64,000 nucleotides of DNA from the human T2T-CHM13v2.0 reference genome, Homo sapiens, in assembly GCF_009914755.1 (NCBI RefSeq), contig NC_060925.1. The stretch is one strand, 5' to 3'. Positions 44,300-61,470 of this stretch are shown here, in pieces. Position 1 is the stretch's first letter. Each line of letters begins with the position of its first letter. The notes under the pieces are model-generated. The model did no database searches. It was not told where the DNA came from and saw only the letters and a list, made by a program, of their open reading frames with translations. The translations under genes and the position numbers were made by a program.

Positions 44300-46679
44300 A
44301 TAAACTATTTTCTGAAGTTGCTCAAGTCTTCTTTGCAAAGTCAGTGTTCCCAAACTACAGTCAGAGGCCAGGCTCAAGGTTCCTAGCAACCTGCCACCTG
44401 GTACATTCAGGGCACTCGCCCTTCAAGCACAACATGGATCCTTGGGGCTCCTTGCCACTCCAACTCCTAGGAGACTCTCCTGCCTTCCCCTGGGAATGTG
44501 GTATTTGAGGCCAATGGTGACTGACCAGAAAATCTAGGCCAGTTCAAAATGCCAAAGACAGGATGCCAGGAAGGACCCAGAACCTGCAGGGCTCCGTTCA
44601 GCTTCTTGGGGTTAACCAGCAGTCTGCAGAGGCGGGAGACGGCTCGGCTCTCAGGAGAGAGCAGCTGATTTTTAATGTACAGTGTAATACCGCAAGGTAA
44701 ACAGCATCCCAGACGCTGCTCCATATGGCTTTACCCTGAGATCGAAACTAATTACCATTCTGTGTATATTTCCAGGTTGGGGCAATAAGGGAGTTACTGT
44801 CCAGCACATTCGCCATCAGACCACCCCTGAGGTCAACACTGCCACGTGCTAACAAGCTCCTTTCGTGGTTTCAATCCTCCCAGACATCAGTCCCTTCATC
44901 CTGCAAAGGGCAGAAAGAAACTGGGGCTTGGGGAGGTGTTAGGGCAGGCTGAGCCTGAGACACATATGTCTAGAAAGGGGCAACGTCTCAAAACTGCACA
45001 CTCAGAGCCTGGAAGCTCTGTACAGATGCCTAATGGGTCCTGGGGCTAGAAAAGGTTTGAATAGATCATCCTGGACAGAAAAGATGCAAACCCCCAGGGG
45101 TCAACCCTGCAGGCTACCTGCTCCCCCTGCCCCCCACCCATTACAGCTGAAAGGAAGGAGAGAGTTCCATTTCACACATCCTGTGTGTAGCAGAGTAGAG
45201 ACCAGGGTTTGGCAGGCAGGATGCCCAGGGCTGTGGTGACGCCAGTCCGTGCTGCTCAGATGGAACCTGTAGCCATCCAGCCCGGATCCTGCATGGGTTC
45301 CAGTAGGCCCTCCTGGGACTTGGAAGTGAGCTGGTGTGCTCGGGGTTCATCAGCTCCGTCCAGTCACCTGACTGGCTTTTCCTTCCACTCCACCATCCCA
45401 GCCCAGATGACAAGGGCACAGTATGGCCTTGTGACTTGGGAAGTCCTGGGTAGGTTCTCTGTGGCTCACTTCAAGAGGAGGCCAGGGTGACGCACAGTGT
45501 ACTTCAGAGACCCCAGAGCCACCTGGACCTGAGTCCCTGTGAATGGACACGTGACGGGCCTCACTGGGTGTGCAGTAAGATAAAACATCTCCTTAATCTC
45601 AGAGAGAGCCTGTGTTAATAAGCACGTGCCTGGCCTGGCACCAGATGCGGCACAGAGAAGAGACGAAGACTAATTAAATCACACACGTCCAGAGACCTCC
45701 TTGGTAAGAAAAGCCACACCGATACAGAGTAGTGTTGTTCTACACACACACGTGTGTGTGGGTGTGTGTGTATAGAGAGATATATATGTATATATTTCAT
45801 TGGCTCTCTTATGAGCTACAGTGACTCTAAAAGATGCACCAAGAAAGCAGAGGAACAAGGGGAAGGGAGGGAAGGGACAGAGGCTTTCACACCCCAAATG
45901 CTGGGCATTTTGTGTCTGGATGACCTCAGCCAGTTTCCACCTACAAAACAGAATAAAAAGAGGCTGGTCCCCAGGGTGTGTAACCTGACACCTCTTGCCG
46001 GCAGCTGAATACAGGGGATTGTTTTTTTAAACTTCAAGTTCCAATCCCTAGTAACAAAGTGAGGCCTCTCCTGCAACTAAAGAACCTCCCTGGAAAAATA
46101 AATCCTGCTGCCTGTTTTGTCATCATCTTCGACAATTAGCTGTACTTGGGACAACGTGACTCGAGCCAATTGGTGAAGGCGATTAGGGCATCCACTTAAA
46201 AACGCTCTTCACAACTGGTGGAGGGGTGTCCTCTATTCCACCCCTGTTCTGCACCCGGTACTTGAGCTGCATTATCTCCTTTCATCTTCACAGCACCCCC
46301 TGAGAGAGGCTCATTATCCTCATGTTAGAGATGAGGACACTGAGACTCAGAGATGTTCAGCCCACGCCAAGGTCTAGGACAGAGTGAGGGTGTGGGTTCA
46401 GGTCTGGCTGGCTCGGGCTCCACACTCCCCAGCAGACCATCTTGCTTCTGTGCTCAGCAGAGCAAGCCTCCCCCAGCACACACTTCCTACAAACCTCAAT
46501 GTCAAAGAGCTCCCAGACCCCATGACTTCTCCTCTTCCAAGGGAAGAAGTCAGCAACACTGCCTCAGACACCCTTATTCACTCTCACCCAATCAAAGAGA
46601 ATGGTGGAGGTCGCAGGTTCGGCATAAAATACTAACAAATGACACCACAGCTGCCTCTGAGGTCCATGCTATTGTATCG

Positions 46680-46860
46680 AGCATTTAGTATGTCCAGACG
46701 CTGTGCTAGGCATTTCCCACATTACCTTGTTTAAGGCTCACAGCCTTAAGGTGGGTATTATCAGTCACATTTCACAGATGATGCAACTGAGGAGCAGAAA
46801 GTTTTCTCTAGGGTCACACAGATAGGAAGTAACAGAGTTTAGACTCAACCCAGGACTACA
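46680..46860 (-). mobile_element. MIR SINE fragment
   Basis: catttcacagatgatgcaactgagg...agggtcacacag..aggaagtaacagag. Confidence 0.7.
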
Positions 46861-48563
46861 CCTCAGGGTTCTTCCCCTCCCCCTAGAGCTCTTCCATAGC
46901 TAAGACTCTATAACGTGTACTAAGCAGAAAAACCCCTGCCGAGCTCTCCTGACCATGTCCTTCTGGTCAATCGGGGTCCTCCCGAGAGCATAGCAACAGT
47001 GCAGCTGACTGGGCTCTGCACTGTGCAACTGCTGAGCATCAATTTGTGCAGAATCCAACGCTCCAAATCAAGTACTGGGGCAGGGGTGCCCTCTTTCATT
47101 CCAGCCTCCGTGAGCCTCTGGATCCAGAACAGTCTCTTTGATCTACCACTTCTAACAGAGGGAGCAAATTCCTCAAGACCTTTACCCCAGACTCCTTCCC
47201 TAGAGGCTGTTGCCCAAATCCAGTTCCTTTACTCCCTGTTCCACAACATGTACTGAAGCTTTCTGCATTGTGCATGCCAGCACCAACCCATTATTTGTTA
47301 ACTCATATTTAATGAACATGCTTGCTCAATGGCCGTACAACTTGTTCTTCAGTTTCACAAATTTCCAATATGTCTATTGGCATTAACTTTGTCTTAGAAG
47401 GCAGATCCCCAAGGACAGGGACAGCATCCGTTAAGCCGTTCTTCTCAGCACAGGTGTCTGCAGACAAGGGTATTAAATAAATGCCTGCTATTTGGGCTGC
47501 CACTGGGTGCAAAGTGCACTTCTCAAAGTGGGCAGCCACCCGAAGGGAAATCCAGCTCCGTGGAAAAGGAGGCAGTGGTTGCCAGACCTAGCCCAGGGCC
47601 TGGCCATACAGAAGAGGCACCCAGTATATATCTACTGAATGTAATATCTGCTCAAGATGTAATTAAAAGCTCAAGACTTTGCTGAATTCCCCCCTTTCAC
47701 TTTCCATGACACAGAAGAGAAAACCACTCAAGGTACTGGAAAAGTCCATGCCCCCATTAAGTACCCTCAAACTCTAGAGTGCAGTGCAGTCTCCCTATCA
47801 TGATTCAGCAGCTGGCAGCCCTGTTCAGGGAGCATGAGACCCCTGCTTTGGGGCCCCCTCCTTGCTCACTCCAGCCTTCCCTGGTGTCTGTTACATCTGC
47901 ATGCCCACTGACGAATGGGCAAACCACAGCCGGAGGAGGCTGCGTCCACAGTCTACAATGGCCGAGATGGTCACACAGGCAAGAGGAGACGATGCTGCGG
48001 CTGAAGTGAAACCGGGGCGTTATCCAGAATATCTCCTCATCCCAACCCGACCTCACTGCTCCGTCCACCTCAGAACTGGCTCTGCTGTGGACGCAGAGAT
48101 TGCTTTTAACATAGTCCTTAGCAATTTCTTTTCAAGCAACAAGGTCAGAATACTCTTCATGAGTGAGTGCTTGCCCTTGTCCATCCTCTTTTTGTAAAAA
48201 AGCAAAGTCATCGTACTCATAATTAAAAACTCATTTAGGCAGGAAATAATTCACTGTCCCCAAATGACTGTATACACGTCTTATTTGGACTCACAAAGAC
48301 CACATGAGGTAGGAAGACTATCAATATACCCATTTTACAGATTGAGGATACCCAAGTCCAAAGAGGCCCAATGAGGTCAAGTGCTGGATCTGAGAGTCAC
48401 AAGTCTTTCAAGCACGTTCACTTGTTAAGCACAAAAAACATTCTCAGAGGAGGTCTTGAGTCTCCTCAACTACTTGCAATTAGCCAGATGGTCAATATTA
48501 ATGAGTGTTTAATGCTGTGATGACTATGATGATGATGAAGGAGAAAGGTTAAGAAAAAGAGAA

Positions 48564-48901
<338 letters not shown>

Positions 48902-51388
48902 TCAGCGGCCGCATATAGACTAAAATATCAATTATAACACATTCAAAATGTCCCCTACACTGGCGAATGTTTAATCCATAAGGTTTTTTTAGTAGTTTGT
49001 CAAACAGTGACCTTCTCACTTCCCAGCTGTAACACATAGCAAAACCAATTTTCCTACCCTTGGCTCAGCAATCTGGGTCTCAGGATTATTTGTGCCCAAC
49101 AAAATCTCTTAGCCATTTCTTAAACTACTGGCAGGTAGTTAGATTTTCCACTTGACATTGCTAAGGGATTAAAATTGTTTATCTCATTGTCATACACAGG
49201 CCTTTTCAGTTTCCTGCTAGCAGATTCAGGTTAGATAAGGATTACAGAAGTGATACTCCCAAGTTCCTCTCTATAACAGTCGTCATCCTTTCCCCATAAT
49301 ATTATGAGGTATATTTTATTAAATCTATCATTCAGATAGCTAACGCGTAAGAGCATTATATAACATATAAAAAGCATTATACCTCATGCATAAGCAGAGG
49401 CTTAGACAAACACCAGCTCCTATTCAACTGGGGAAGAAGCACTTCACAGGAGATCCTGCTGAATTACACAGTCAGTCATCAATTGCCATAGAGAAGTTGA
49501 AAACAAATTGAGTTGAGCCCGGAAAGAATGTCAGTGAAATTGGAAAAAACACTTGCTGGGAACTGCCTGGGGGTGCAGTGACCTCCCTTGTAATTGCCCA
49601 GGTCCCACCAACTCAGCAGCATACCAAGAGAGATTGCAGATTGAGCTGGGTGGATGGCCAGTCACCAGGGAACCAAATCCTTCTCGCGGCAGGCTGAACG
49701 CTCCCTGTAGTTCATGAAAATCTTAAGCACTGGTAATATAAAATGTGTTATGCCTTCTTCTTGGAAAACAGTAAAATCAGTTTATTCGTTCTCCTTTAAT
49801 GGATGGGGGCAGGGAGGGGGACAGAATGCAGAGAACCCTTTAGAAGGGCCAAGAAAGAAAACTGCTGTCATTGCCCCAAAAGCCAGAGGTAAAAGCACCT
49901 CGTTTGCACCCCCACCCCTCAACGCCCTGAGACCAACTTTATAAATGTGAGCAAATGGCCCACCCCTTCAGAAGAGTTCTCCTTGGCCAAGGGCCGGCCG
50001 TTACCCTTCATCATTAATACGTATTATCATCTCTGGGTTAGGCAAACCCTAATCTTGGTCACCAGGTCAACGGAAATAATCTTGATGCCTATGTTTGAGA
50101 TGCTGTATCATTTCATTTTCCCTTTCCACCCAGAATCTTACCACAAAAGTAAAATGCTAGATTAACAGGATAGCAGTGAGCTTCACGAGGAAGGATTCCC
50201 TTCAGCTGAAAATTCACCACCACCACCCCAGGTTACGTGAGATGTTTTTCTACTTATTCAAAGATGGGGAAAAAAAACATCTCCTCCCACTCCAAGTGAA
50301 ATCATACATAAATATGAATTGCAGAGGTTCATTCTGCTTCCTTATTGTCTATAGCTCCTACTTTTTGCTTACTTATAAAACTTACCAGCTGATGTGGGGC
50401 AAAATAGAAGTAAAAATCTCAGCAAATAAAAAATGCTGTATTGACTAGTGGCCTGAAGAGATACCTTTTGTTGAATGGGTTTCTACTAAGTGATATCAAA
50501 TCAATAAAATGCCCAAGTAAAGCTCAACAGAGGAGAAAAGATCAGATTTCTAACAGTGAATTCTTAATGGAGTTGTTGAGAAACACGCCAGACAAGTTAG
50601 TCAAAAGCCTGAGTGTTGGCTTGCCTGTGAAATGATTGTAACAAGTCATTCCGTATCAGACAAAGTTGGAAGACCCTGCCTTTAAGTAAGAAACATCAGA
50701 GTGGTCTTCCCCGCACAAACACTTTGCAAACGTGTCGTGGTTGACCTTGTCCCTTGAGGCTGGTGTGCAGTGTGCACTTCTGCTGACCAAGCAATTCATT
50801 CCTATCGCTTTGAGTCTAAGCCTTAAAGTAATCCCCAACCCTGCAACTGAACAAAAGGAAACCACTACTACTACACCCCTACTATGTACCAGGTACAGTG
50901 CTAGGCACTTTTATAAACATGACATAATTGAACGCTCACCACTCCATGAGGTCACACTTACTCTCCCCATTTTTCAGAGAGCTTGCTAGCCATGTGTAGA
51001 CTGGAATTTCACCCAAGTCTCCTAAACCCAAGCCTAGCACCCTTATCCCTGTGGCAGCAGTCACAGGAATAAGCAACAAACTTGCATTCCCAGGGCTTGA
51101 TTCCCTTTCTTTGTTCTTCACCTTCCAGATGGTTCTGTATTTCTTTTATGGGTAGATAATGCAGCAGGGATTTTTTCTCTCCTTCATTCATTCACCCATT
51201 CCTTTAACAAATGCTTTAAAAGCATGCACTGTGTTCAAAGCTGAGGTGGATCTGCAAAGGCGAGTAAGGAGCTTATCCACTGAGGAAGTTTGTTAGTTGA
51301 AGGGTGTAACCATGGGTCCTGTAATGGTATTGACTATTTTCCACCCTTGCTTTCCTCCTCTGTAAAATGTGGATATTAAAGGAAATGA

Positions 51389-51731
<343 letters not shown>

Positions 51732-51735
51732 TTAA

Positions 51736-52081
<346 letters not shown>

Positions 52082-54407
52082 TAGTTTTTGTTATTTTTTA
52101 ATAGGAAGCACAGAGGCCTAACTTCCTAATGAGATCATATATATTTATGGTGTCTGTCAACCAAGGAGACTTGAACTGTATTTAAGATAATAGTTTACTC
52201 CTGGAAAAATGGATCAGGGCTGCTGTCTTCACCAGAAAGTTGGGGTGAATGAAGGGGGCCCAGTGAGAAAATGAAGAGCTGTCTGGCAGAACTTTAGCTA
52301 GTCAAATTTGACTACAAGGTCAAGGGACCAGGTCAGCAGATTCTTCCAGATCACCAAGGTAGCCCTCCACAGTCAGATGGACCAGACCCATGGGTCTGAA
52401 GGAGATGCTGATTGTTTCTGCTCCATGTTGTTTGGGACTGCCTGTAGCACCATCGTCACTTGGTTTGGTAAGTTAACACAGGAAGGGCAACCATCTTAGA
52501 ACTGGTAATACAAAATCCCAAACAGGCAGCTGCCACTCCACTTTTCAAATTACCAAAGAGTTCATAGTTGGGTTTGGTGTGACTTTTGTTAACAATGAGC
52601 TCCCCTGATGGCTGAAAAATACATCTTTCATGATGCCAATTCTACCCAGTGAGGAAAAGAAAAATCACAGCAAGGCCTTGTCATGGAGTTGAGAGTACCA
52701 TATGCATAAACCTACCATCCCAAGGTCTCCTCTCCCACCAAAATCCACAGAACCTTCTACCCTGAGGCTGCGATCACAACATGCTTTAGAAGACTTCCCA
52801 AGTTAATTCTGAACCACCTCCTGATTATCCAAAGTCTGTAGTTTTTTTTCCACCAAGATATAAAATTCTTTCCATTAAATACCTTAAAATTCTACCTTTA
52901 GATAACTAAATTGAGACCTGACAAAATAAAATAAGCCTAAACAATGTTGTCAATACTCCTAGGAATATAAATAAACTAGCCAGTACTAATCTAATCTGGA
53001 ACTGCATTTAACAGGTATGTGCCAACAAAATCAGAAAAGTGACTCTGTAGCAATTCAGCACTTAAAAACAAAAATTCTGAAAATGACTTATGTAACACCT
53101 CAAATATATTTCTCTAAAAACACCGACTGACTGGTTTAATGTTTTCTTGTAGTACCTAAAAGCGGGTGAGTCTTGAGCTGTATGTTTTGCAAAGTCTAAG
53201 CATTTGCATGATAAGTAGCAACGCTTAGAATCAATCTCTCTTTGTCTGTATACCTCACCTTTACTTGAAAATGTTTTAAGCTGGCTGAATACTTTTATCT
53301 TTGATAAGACAAGGTCTTTGAAGTGATGTTTTGGCTCTGTGTGGGCAAGGCCTCAGTTTCTAGACTTCAGTATCTGAGGGGGGACAATGCCCTGCTTTTT
53401 GTTTTTAAACAGAATGAATCTTTTACTGTTCAGGTTAATGTTCTGGCATCCTACCAGCTGTCTCTACCACCAGACTAATTATTAATGATAATCTTAGGTA
53501 TGGTACTGATGATTTATTTTGATGATACTTTTTCAGTATGAAATTACAAAGAGCCTTTCTTATGGCAAAGAGATAGAAGATAGGCAGATCAATCAATTGG
53601 TCTCAAGCAAAAGCACAAAAGTAAAAGTGCCCAGTTTTGGCCTCAGTGCCGGAAACCCACACCTAAGAAGTCTTGTCGCATTTTCTGATACCCTAATACA
53701 AACACTAGGCTTTAAATCAGATGTCTTCAATTACATAGTCACAGACAGAACTAGATGACCCCATGAGATCATTCCCATACAATACCCACATTTTCAGAGG
53801 AGAAAACTAAGCTAGAGAAGCAGAGCCCATGAGTGTGTCCTTGGTTCCCTTTGACTTTCTGAGTGTTTATTTCCTCATCCCCAAACAGATCAGTCATACC
53901 CAGAACCCAAAATAAATGACTCGGGGTCCTCCCAGATCTCAAAGCTGCTGAGCCCTTGCCAGAAAGATCCTCTCCATGTACCTGAGAGAAGAAGGGTACC
54001 CCATCTTCAGAAAACAGCATATGCAACCTGAGCTCATAACCCCACAAATCTGAGCTTTCAACATTCTCATCTAGAAAAGAATTTTCCACTTAAAAGTATT
54101 CACCAACAGATGCATTTTTTAAAGTGCCCCTCTAGGCTTTTAAATTTTAGTTTGGTTTACCCCAAACTAAAATTTTTACACACTTTTCAAAACCACATAA
54201 AACCATGTTAAACTGTTTGGATTTTTTACTATGTGTATGAGTTCGTTTTTCACTCAGAAAAAAAAAAGACAACAAAACTAGTCAACATCAAAAAAAAAAA
54301 AAAAAAAAGCGAAGGAAACAAAATTCCAATGGCCTTTAAAAAACAGTAAGCACCATGAAGCCAAGGGTTTTGTATTACACTTCTTTATACACCCCACAGG
54401 TAATTAG

Positions 54408-54776
<369 letters not shown>

Positions 54777-55279
54777 TAAATCAATAAAAATCTATTTTTA
54801 AAGTAAGGTACTTTTATATCTTAATACAACATTTTAAGCCTGGTGTCTCAATGGTCCAGATTCTCTTAAACAGAATTATATAGGGAAGTAAACAACCGCT
54901 GGTTAATTTTTAGTTGTCAGAAAGAACAAAAGATTGAGCACTATCCTTGCTCAGTGCAATTTGATTTTGTTCAGATCTCAGAGAACAGTAAGCATGAATG
55001 TGCCTGAATTTCAGCCATTGCACACTGGGCGTGTAATGCAACTATTTCTGAGCAAATTTCAAGTGTCTGATCCCTACTAAGCAGATATACTGTCACCCCC
55101 TGCCTGCACACCAAGTCATACACACTCATTCCTCAGCAAGGATGAAGAAAGCGCCACAGGAGGCCCGAAAGGCTTAACTCTGTGGGAAGGTAGGGCAGCA
55201 CAGAAACAATCTCAGTGTCTAGTGTGGGTCTGAGGGCCAGGGGTTGGTTATGTGACTGGAACGCTGAACATGCCATTTC

Positions 55280-55400
55280 AGACCTGTGTGAGTGGGGTGA
55301 GCAAGGGGGAACCTGTGTGAGCATAGGAGGGTAAGTGTGAGCATGTGTGAGGGCATGTGTGAGGGCAAGTGTAAGCAAGTGTGAGCAAGCATGAGAGTGT
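55280..55400. repeat. Degenerate TG-rich repeat (tgtgag(g)gca units)
   Basis: gtgtgagcatgtgtgagggcatgtgtgagggcaagtgtaagcaagtgtgagcaag. Confidence 0.7.
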
Positions 55401-57677
55401 GCAGCTATAGCGTTGTGCAGTAGCTGGACAGACACAGCAAAGTCCAGAAAAGAGAATGCTACATCAGTTTGGTAGAACCTCAGACAGAGCTGGTGGGGCT
55501 TTTATCTATCAAACACAGAAAGGCCCAGCCAAAAGACTCACTCCATCAAGATGTCTGGCCTTCTGTAGACAAAATATCTATTGCAGGTAATCAAGTGATT
55601 TTTGACCCAATGAGCTGATGTTTGGGTGTCACAGATAAGGCTCCAGCGTAACAATCTGTACAAGAAGAAAACTTTGCTTATCGTGCAAGCACTCAACCAA
55701 AGCTCAAAAGTCCCTAGGATCCCATAATTTCCAGTTGGTTACCCACCCTTACCCCCCTACACACACACACACACACCCACCCCACTTCCCACCAGTCTCA
55801 TGTGATTCAGAGAGCAAAGCCGGCAGGGGATTTTTCCCTGGCTCTGCTCTGCGGGTGTCTGAAAACCTGTTTAAAGGTGGGAGGTAGACTGGACAACAGG
55901 CTGGCCTCGTTTCTACCTCTGGATATGTTCACTAACTTAAAAACACCACTTAACCCTCTGGTTTCTCAAATGGCATCGTTCTGGCAAATGGAAAAAAAAG
56001 TCACCTGTCGTTATTGATCTCCCTGTTAATTCTCTTCTAGACAAGAGCCGTTTTCAAACATCGGGACACAAACTGTTTTGACAACCAGCCAATAGAAGTT
56101 GCTAATCTACCACTAGAAAGGGTGAATGGACAGTCAGGGAACAAGTTAAAGTGACTTTGGCTGTTTCAGCTATGCTTCAGGAGTTCAAAAGCAACTGGGA
56201 GGGATGGGACGGGGGACCATCTCTTATTCAGTAGACCTCTAACTGCTGGGCAGAAAGAGAAATCTGGCCCATGCCTTCAGAAAGAAGTATTTCCCACCTG
56301 CCCTTGACCACCATCCCCTTCCAGGTGGACCGCTTCCCCCTCTAAAGGTGGTGCGCCTATGCCTGACAGCAGGTGCATAATGCCCAGGGGCCCTGTCCTA
56401 GCCACAAAATGCCAGGCTGATTGGGGCGATTTTGCATACACATTTGCCTCCAGATCATCAGCAAAAAGCAGAGTTTCATGAAAAGGAATGCCTGGTCTTC
56501 AAAAATCCAGACTGTGATTCGTGAATAGGGAATCAGAGAGGAGTATGTTTTGTGGTCCAAAATACCTTAGTGAAGAATGCAGAGTAGAAACATAAAGCTC
56601 CCAGTCGTGGTGGAGAAAGTTATTGAGGTACAGTGAAGAGTATTTGATATTCAAGATGAAATCGGAAGGCTACCTACTATAATAAAATGCAGACTTTCCC
56701 CCAATATAGCACAACCACCCCTGGCACACTGAACTAGGAAATTCCCCATGCTCTCTGGAAAAGCTAAGAGAAAGCCCAGACCTTTTCAGAAGTGCTAGCT
56801 TCAACTCCTATGTCTTCTGTAAGATACTCTGATCCTCCTAAGAGTAAAAGCAGCCTACAAGTTCGATTAACCATGTAATAGAAATAAACTCCTGTCTACT
56901 GCCATAACCAGAACAAGATGTCAGTGTGATGACCCAAACCAGAGGCACGTGAAAACATACCTGAAATGTCAACCTGTACCAACTGACATGTACATCCATT
57001 AGGAGGTACCTACTCCGGAGATAACACTCAGGTGCCTATGATACTGAAGAAACCATCTGCTTAGCTCAAAGTATGGTTTTCATTTAATTCATACATCAAA
57101 CTGCACCTTGGTTACACTGACCACACAAATATTGCAATGGTCTGGCTTAACTTACTGAGGCTCAGTGATTCCTCACCCAGTTGACTGGCCACAACCACAT
57201 CTACAGGTTTCAGGGTCCTGTCATAGATTCACATCACTCATTTTCCTGGCTTATTAGTAGAGGCTAACTTAATTTGATGATATCCTTGTCAATTTTCTTT
57301 GGCCTGAATGAAACACAGAGTTAAGTGTTTCACCTGATCAGACAAAAACTACACTCAGTAGCTCAGTTCACTATCTTTGGGGATTAGTCCAGAAGTTTTT
57401 GGTGACATTTATGAATATTATTTTCCCAAGAAGCGTGGTGACCTACATGAAATACTTTTAAAACTTGTTTTTTAAGATATGCATGGAAATAGTAGAAAGA
57501 CTCAGATTCACTGTCCAAGCTAAAATGCATGGTCAGTGCCTCTGCTTCCACCTCAGCAAACACACCTGGACAGAATTATTCACTGTGACTGTCCCAGGGC
57601 CCTGGTCTGAGTTTTCATGACTGTGTAGAAAGTTAAGAAAAAGGGATGCATAGGGCATCAAAAGTCTGCTGAAATCA

Positions 57678-59850
<2,173 letters not shown>

Positions 59851-61227
59851 CTGTGGAGATACAAGGAGAAAAGTCAGGACCCTGGAGGGCGCGCGGGGGG
59901 AGTTGGGGGTCGCCTGCAGAACCCAGAGAGAGCCCCGGGAACACAATCTATCCGGGACCCAGCGCCACCGGACATCTCACCTATGGGGACGGCGAGGCTC
60001 GGCGAGGGCATGCCCCGGCTGCCTCGGTCGCCAGCGCGGTTTCGGGTGTGCTTCCCCGCCCCCCACCTCGCCCCAGGCTGCGATGCGCTTTATGAGGTCC
60101 CTTCAAATCCCAATCCTAATACTCGTCTCGCGGACCGGCGAGAAGCGAGGTCCAAGTCCTTGGCTCCTAAGTATGCTGTGTGCGGGGCGCGGCTGACTCA
60201 GCTCTCCCGGGCTGAGGACACCCCAGCCACCGTCTCCGGGTCTCCCCAGCCTGAGCAAACATTGGCTATCCAGGGCAACCCGGCAGCCCTCGCCCTGGGC
60301 TTCAGGGTCTCCCTGCTCCACCCTCTCGGGGCATCAGAGACCGACCGGCTCGGAGGGAACCTAAGCGGGACCTGCCTTGCCCGAGCCGCTGCCAGCGCCC
60401 GGATCTGGGAGGGCGCCCGCGTGCCCGCCGTTTACCTTCCTGACCCTAGCCTTGGGGCTGTGTCTCTCGGCCTACGAAGGCCTGGGCGGGCAGCGGGGCC
60501 GCAGCCGAAGCATTTTTCAGGGCTAGCCTTGTCGCCTATCCCTAGACAAGTGTTTTGTGAGTGTGGGCGCACCGAGGTTCTACACGTTCTCTTTACCGGA
60601 ACCAGTACTTGCTGCCCCCCTGCCGTCGTCCCCTATGGGGGGGTGTCTGTGAGTGTGTGTGTATACACGCGTGTGTGTATACGCCGCACGCGCGCGGAGC
60701 GAGTCCGCTCTCAGCGCGCCCTGTTGCCGAGGACGCGACTGCCCCTGCGGGCTCCCGGACCCGCGCCCACTCGGAGGAACTTAGGGGCGTGCATGGCTGC
60801 AGCCGGGCAGCAGCCCTAGGTGCACAGAGCCTCTAGCTCTGCAAACCTCCCAGGAGCCGGCGCTCTAACACCCCAGGGCAGCGCCGCGGAGCGCAGGGCT
60901 TCTCCGCATCCCGGGCAGCCTCGCCCGGCGCCAGCAGAGCCGCCCCGAGACCCCAGCCTGGGGACTCCTGGAGCGCGCTGAGGGAGGCGGCGCGGAGTGA
61001 GCGGCCCGGAAGGCGGGTAGGAGAAATGCGGAGACCTCGTCTCTCCCTATTTTCTCCCCACCGCCACTCCATGTCACCCTCCAAAATCAAACCCCCTTCC
61101 CTGCCTCCCCAGCCCACCCCTTTGCCCTGTTTCGGAACCAGGAACGCCGAGATTCGCTCCAGAGCAGAAAGTGAGGGAAAAGAGGGTTGTTCAGAGGCGA
61201 GAGCCATTAAAAGGCCGCCAAACTTAC
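59851..61227 (-). other. ITPKB: ITPKB intron 1 (CpG-rich)
   Basis: GT...AG boundaries between the exon 1 donor and the exon 2 acceptor. Confidence 0.8.
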
Positions 61228-61470
61228 CTGCAGTTTCTCAGATTCTCAGGTCCTGTGTAGACTACATGCCCAGAGGCGCAAACCTCGTAGGGACGAGATG
61301 GCTTTAAAAGTAAAAATGCTCAGAAATTATTTTCTCACAAGCTATGGAAGACAAAAAAGAGGAGTGCGAAAGAGGGGGGAAAGCTCTTCGGTTCAGGGGC
61401 CCGGCGATCCCGGCAGTGGCGACGCCAAGCCGGCCCTGCACGCCCTTTTCGACCGTGGAGATACTGCCCC
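61228..61470 (-). other. ITPKB: ITPKB non-coding exon 1 (5' end approximate)
   Basis: Consensus donor CAG|GTAAGT at 61228/61227 on the minus strand, inside the CpG island. The TSS cannot be read directly; placed near the upstream edge of the island. Confidence 0.75.

Noticed and set aside
48905-48912. Isolated NotI site GCGGCCGC in AT-rich context as a possible cloning scar
   Set aside because: No vector, linker or other foreign sequence adjacent; a single 8-mer can occur by chance.
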